From the NCBI GenBank assembly GCA_051294375.1, contig CM119264.1, positions 17,124,278 to 17,188,277 of the forward strand: a DNA stretch of 64,000 nt. The letters run 5' to 3'. The position numbers were made by a program, and so were the translations under genes. The notes under the pieces are model-generated. The model had not been told where the DNA came from. It was given only the letters and a program-made list of their open reading frames with translations, and ran no database searches. Below are positions 47,456 to 64,000 of the stretch, piece by piece. This stretch comes from Paraspadella gotoi (Eukaryota > Animalia > Chaetognatha). The stretch's first letter is position 1. Each line of letters starts with the position of its first letter.

Positions 47456-50400
47456 ATGCCATGTTCTATCTTGAGTCGCCACGTTTGCTTTGGCGGCGGC
47501 GCCAAAGACGCTGCAACGGAGGACAATGACGACGGCGCCGTCGACAGGCGTCGCCATCTTCTCCGCCGCGTGACGCTGGTCATCCTCGCTGCCTCCTCCA
47601 TCTTGGGCTTCGGCCTCTTTCTCTTCGCAGCCGTCGGCGTCAAAACCGAAGTCGACGATTATCTTTGGTTGATGCAGACAAAACCAGCGAAGCGGCTTCC
47701 ATCAGGGCGGCGTCGGGGAAGCAGGTGTGCAGGCCCAGGAGAACGACATTGATGACAGGGAGAAAAAAAAACCTGTGACATTGTCAGAGTGTTTTGCTGT
47801 CCCATTTCCCGTGGCAGGGAAGTGTCTAAATCTTTCAGTTCCTGAGGTCAAGCACGTGCAGCAGTAGGGATAACAAGACTGTATTAAGCGATAAAGGTCA
47901 GATATTGATCGTTATTTAACATTAAAAAAGTTTATAAAAACAATTCATGATAATTTCAACATTGACAGTCGAAATCGGTTCAAAATCAAATGCAAATACC
48001 GACGACATTTACGATGGTGGCGTCGGTTTCCGTCTTTGTTCTCGACGTTGGCGTCGCCATCGCTATTCACTCAATGTTTCAAGACAAAAGAGCAACTCTT
48101 AGGAAATCTTTGAAAGTATGAATCGATTATATTGATACGCTATTGTTTCGCGAATTGTAAAGCTTCCGTAGCAACGAAATGTGTTTGGATTTCGATCACG
48201 CTAACGTCAAACTTTCCTCACCAGTCACCAGTCACCGCCTTACCCCACCATCCCATTCCTCTCCGTCTCAGATCGTTCAATTCGTTTTCCTCGTCGTTTC
48301 GCTTCTCGTCCTAACGGCGGCGCTGCTCTCCTACTTCCACGAGCGTCTCCTCTCTTCCGGTTTCTCCGCTGGCCTTTCGCGGGCCCTGGCGCTGTACGGA
48401 GAAAATCCGGCGACGAAGACGGCGATGGATCGGCTGCAGCTGACGTTCGGCTGCTGCGGCGACGAAGGGTTTGAGAATTGGATCGGCGTCGAGTGGAAGG
48501 CGGCGTTGAAGAGGAAATTCGGAGGTGAGGGATATGAGGGTAGATTCACGGTCTGAGGGGTGACTGTGGATGATCTTAATAAAGGAAATGGAAATTTTCT
48601 TGTCGTTCCGGCAACGAAAACAGTTGATGTCGCTCGATTTTTATGAAATCTTAACTAAAACCTACAGAACTGTTGTGTTCTTACCCCTGAAATCATCGAG
48701 AGCCGATTGCTTCAATGTCACGAAAAATGGTAACGTTCCCAGGGACACCGTCGACGGCCATCGAAAGAAGCGTCCCCTTTTCGTGTTGTCGAATCAACGC
48801 GACCGGACGCTGTCTTCACGATCCTCTGCCGGTGAGATAGGATTGTTTTTCTCAGATATAAACGAGTATAATTACTACGAAAACGAAGAAAAAATATGGA
48901 GGCAAGTAAGATTTCTGTTAAAGAAAAAAAAAATCACACAAAAAATTAATTCTTCCCACTTTTTCCCCCCAAGCCCGGTCCCGTCGCCGCGGCCATCTCC
49001 TTCCTTCATCCCCGCGGCTGCACCGAGGCCATCATGAACACCCTCGACGATCAATTGGGTGTTATCTTTCGCCTCCTCCTCTTCCTCTTCTTTGTTGAGG
49101 CGGCGGCGGCGGCGTCGACGAGAATATTGAGTGGAGCTTTGAAGGAGGAAGGAGAGGAGGAGGAGGAGGAGGGGATGACGAGAGGATTGAGGGCCAAAGA
49201 AATAAAAGGGAAACCAAAGGAAGAAGAGAGAGACTTGCTTGAAGACGACGAAGAGGAAGAGGAGGATGGAAAAAGGGGAGGAGGATGGGGAGGAATGGGA
49301 GGAGGAGGCGGAGCAGGAGGAGGAGGAGGTGAAAGCGAGGCTGGCGGCGATGATGATGAGGATCACTACGATGGAAGAGGCGCTGGTGAGGATGTGGATT
49401 AGAGCGTAGTGAAAGTTACATACGGAAATTATAAATGTCAATTATGAAATTTCTAAGAGTCTAAATGTCAATTTTCGCAGTAGGCTATATTTATATATAG
49501 TACTATTGGGATTGAGTGGTTTTTTAAGATGATGGTGGGAGACGAGACTAGACAGCAAATGTCAAGGTTCTCGGTCAATGTTAACCATAGTTGATGGTAG
49601 TTAATAATAGTTCAACGAGCAAAAATTTTTAAAAAAGCTATTAAAAAAAAGATTTTTTCTAAACTGATCTTCGTAGGTAAATCACAGTAAATAAATATTA
49701 TGCCTCTAAAACATTTCGATTAGAAGTGGTAACTCGGCTTCGCATCCAAATCGAATCCCTAGGTGATGGAATGAAAGATGGAAGAAGAGACGAGAGAAGA
49801 GGAGAAAGGGAAAAAAGAAAAGAAGAACAAAAATCGAAAGACAAAAAAATCGGAGACGAAAAAAAAGAGAAAAAAAGAGACGAGAAGAAAAAAAAGGAGG
49901 AAAATTCGGGAAAAAAAGAAAGAGATAAGAAAAAAGGTAAAGGCAGCAAGCAAAGCGAAAAAGGAGAGGGACGGGGAGAAAAAAAAGGAAAAGGCGGAGA
50001 GAGGGAGAGAAAAGGCGGTAAACAATCGAAACGAAGCGACAAAGGAGAGGGAAGGAAAGATAGGAAGGAGACAAACGAGAGAAGGGAAAGAAAAAAGAAG
50101 GAGGGACGACGCAGTAGGAGTAAAGAAAGCATTGGAGGTAATAAGGGAGAAAAGGAAAAGAAAAATAGGAGCAAATCGAAAGGAAAAAAGGAAGGCAAGC
50201 AAAGGAGCAAACAGAGAAGCAAGAGTAGCAGTAGAGGAAGCAGAGGAAGTCAAAAAAGTCAAAGGAGCCGGAGGACCAAATCGAATTCGGGCCCAGGAGG
50301 AAAAGGAAAGAGATCTCGTGGTGGAGCAAAGAGACAAAAAAAAGGAGGCAGTAACAGGCGCGGCAGTCGCGGCGGAAGCCGCAGTAGCCGAAGCAGCAGT

Positions 50401-50535
50401 CGCCGCCGTAGCAGCAGCAGTCGCGGAAGACGAAGCAGTAAAAGTCGCGGCAGAAGCAGAAGCAGCAGCAGAAGTAGAAGGAAACTTGGAAAGAGTGGAA
50501 GCAAAAGGCGACGCCGAAGTGGGAGACGGAAATGA
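47456..50535 (+). CDS. Peripherin-2/ROM1 (RDS)-type tetraspanin with a long low-complexity C-terminal tail
   Basis: Exons 47456-~47677 (donor unclear), 47969-48115, 48272-48524, 48743-48831, 48974-49385, probable 49724-50535. Four TM segments; MDRLQLTFGCCGDEGFENWIGVEW, VPFSCC..C and GC match the peripherin EC2 pattern. Without the last splice the ORF stops at 49402. Confidence 0.8.
49724..50535 (+). CDS. K/E-rich then R/S/G-rich (protamine-like) coding exon
   Basis: 269-codon ORF preceded by a TTTCGATTAG acceptor whose phase fits the donor G|GTGAGG at 49385; ends SRGGSRSSRSSSRRRSSSSRGRRSSKSRGRSRSSSRSRRK...RRRRSGRRK. Confidence 0.6.
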
Positions 50536-50931
50536 TAAAAAAAACTTAAACTAGAAAAACTATCACCGAAATAATAATACTATCAAAAGAGTCCTGCGTC
50601 AAAAGTAAAAAAATGTGAGATCTTTCTTTAATAACTTTTGTCGTTGTTAAATTTCTGCTGTTCAAAATAAAATCAGACATACTAACTAAACTTGTTTTCT
50701 TTACTTTTTCTCAAAATACATAGCTTTTTTCGAATATCACCATATACACGATGCATGAAAAAGCGAAATGTTTTTTAATATGAAAGAATTATGATGATAA
50801 AATGGCAATGAAAATTATTAATTTCGGACAATTTAAAACGAACAAAACAAATCTAATGGAAAAATCGATGTGCCCACGTAGGAGTAACGAATGTTTTTTG
50901 GATTTTTGTTTTTGTTTTGGTTTTTTTTCCT

Positions 50932-63883
<12,952 letters not shown>

Positions 63884-63934
63884 CTGAAATGAATGGAGAA
63901 AGGAAGAGTCATAGGAGAATTGTGAGCGAGCGGG

Positions 63935-63982
<48 letters not shown>

Positions 63983-64000
63983 AAGAGAGAAGAGAGAGAG

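Noticed and set aside
47745-47849. C/D-box snoRNA candidate (TGATGA...CTGA with GAC/GTC stem)
   Set aside because: No recognisable rRNA/snRNA antisense element, and the boxes are short enough to occur by chance.
49698-50554. Overlapping 258-aa Ala/Glu frame and antisense F/L/S-rich ORFs
   Set aside because: Extra open frames are expected in T-poor purine-rich sequence; only the 49726 frame fits the splice phase.

Overview
AT-rich, microsatellite-rich invertebrate animal genomic DNA with mostly short introns, from a long-read gap-filled draft assembly (two 25-N gaps flanked by error-laden duplicated or inverted copies). Six protein genes can be reconstructed by hand: ALDH1L1-type 10-formyl-THF dehydrogenase (-), a full-length TEP1 (+) whose last ~2250 codons lie in one 6.75 kb exon, a BK-channel beta-subunit (KCNMB/CaKB)-like gene (-) largely missed by the ORF track, an SLC20/PiT phosphate transporter (+), a peripherin/RDS-type tetraspanin (+) probably carrying a long acidic then protamine-like tail, and a CD9/CD81-like tetraspanin (-) that runs off the window. 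The main non-coding find is a miniature non-autonomous LTR retroelement (~630-650 bp) with a tRNA-like Pol III cassette inside each LTR, a tRNA-Trp-type primer-binding site, a polypurine tract, 4-bp target-site duplications and TA...CA termini. A solo LTR of this family and a solo LTR of a second tRNA-bearing family are also present. A weak vault-RNA-like Pol III candidate lies head-to-head with TEP1. All coordinates and alignments were read by eye; no searches were run.
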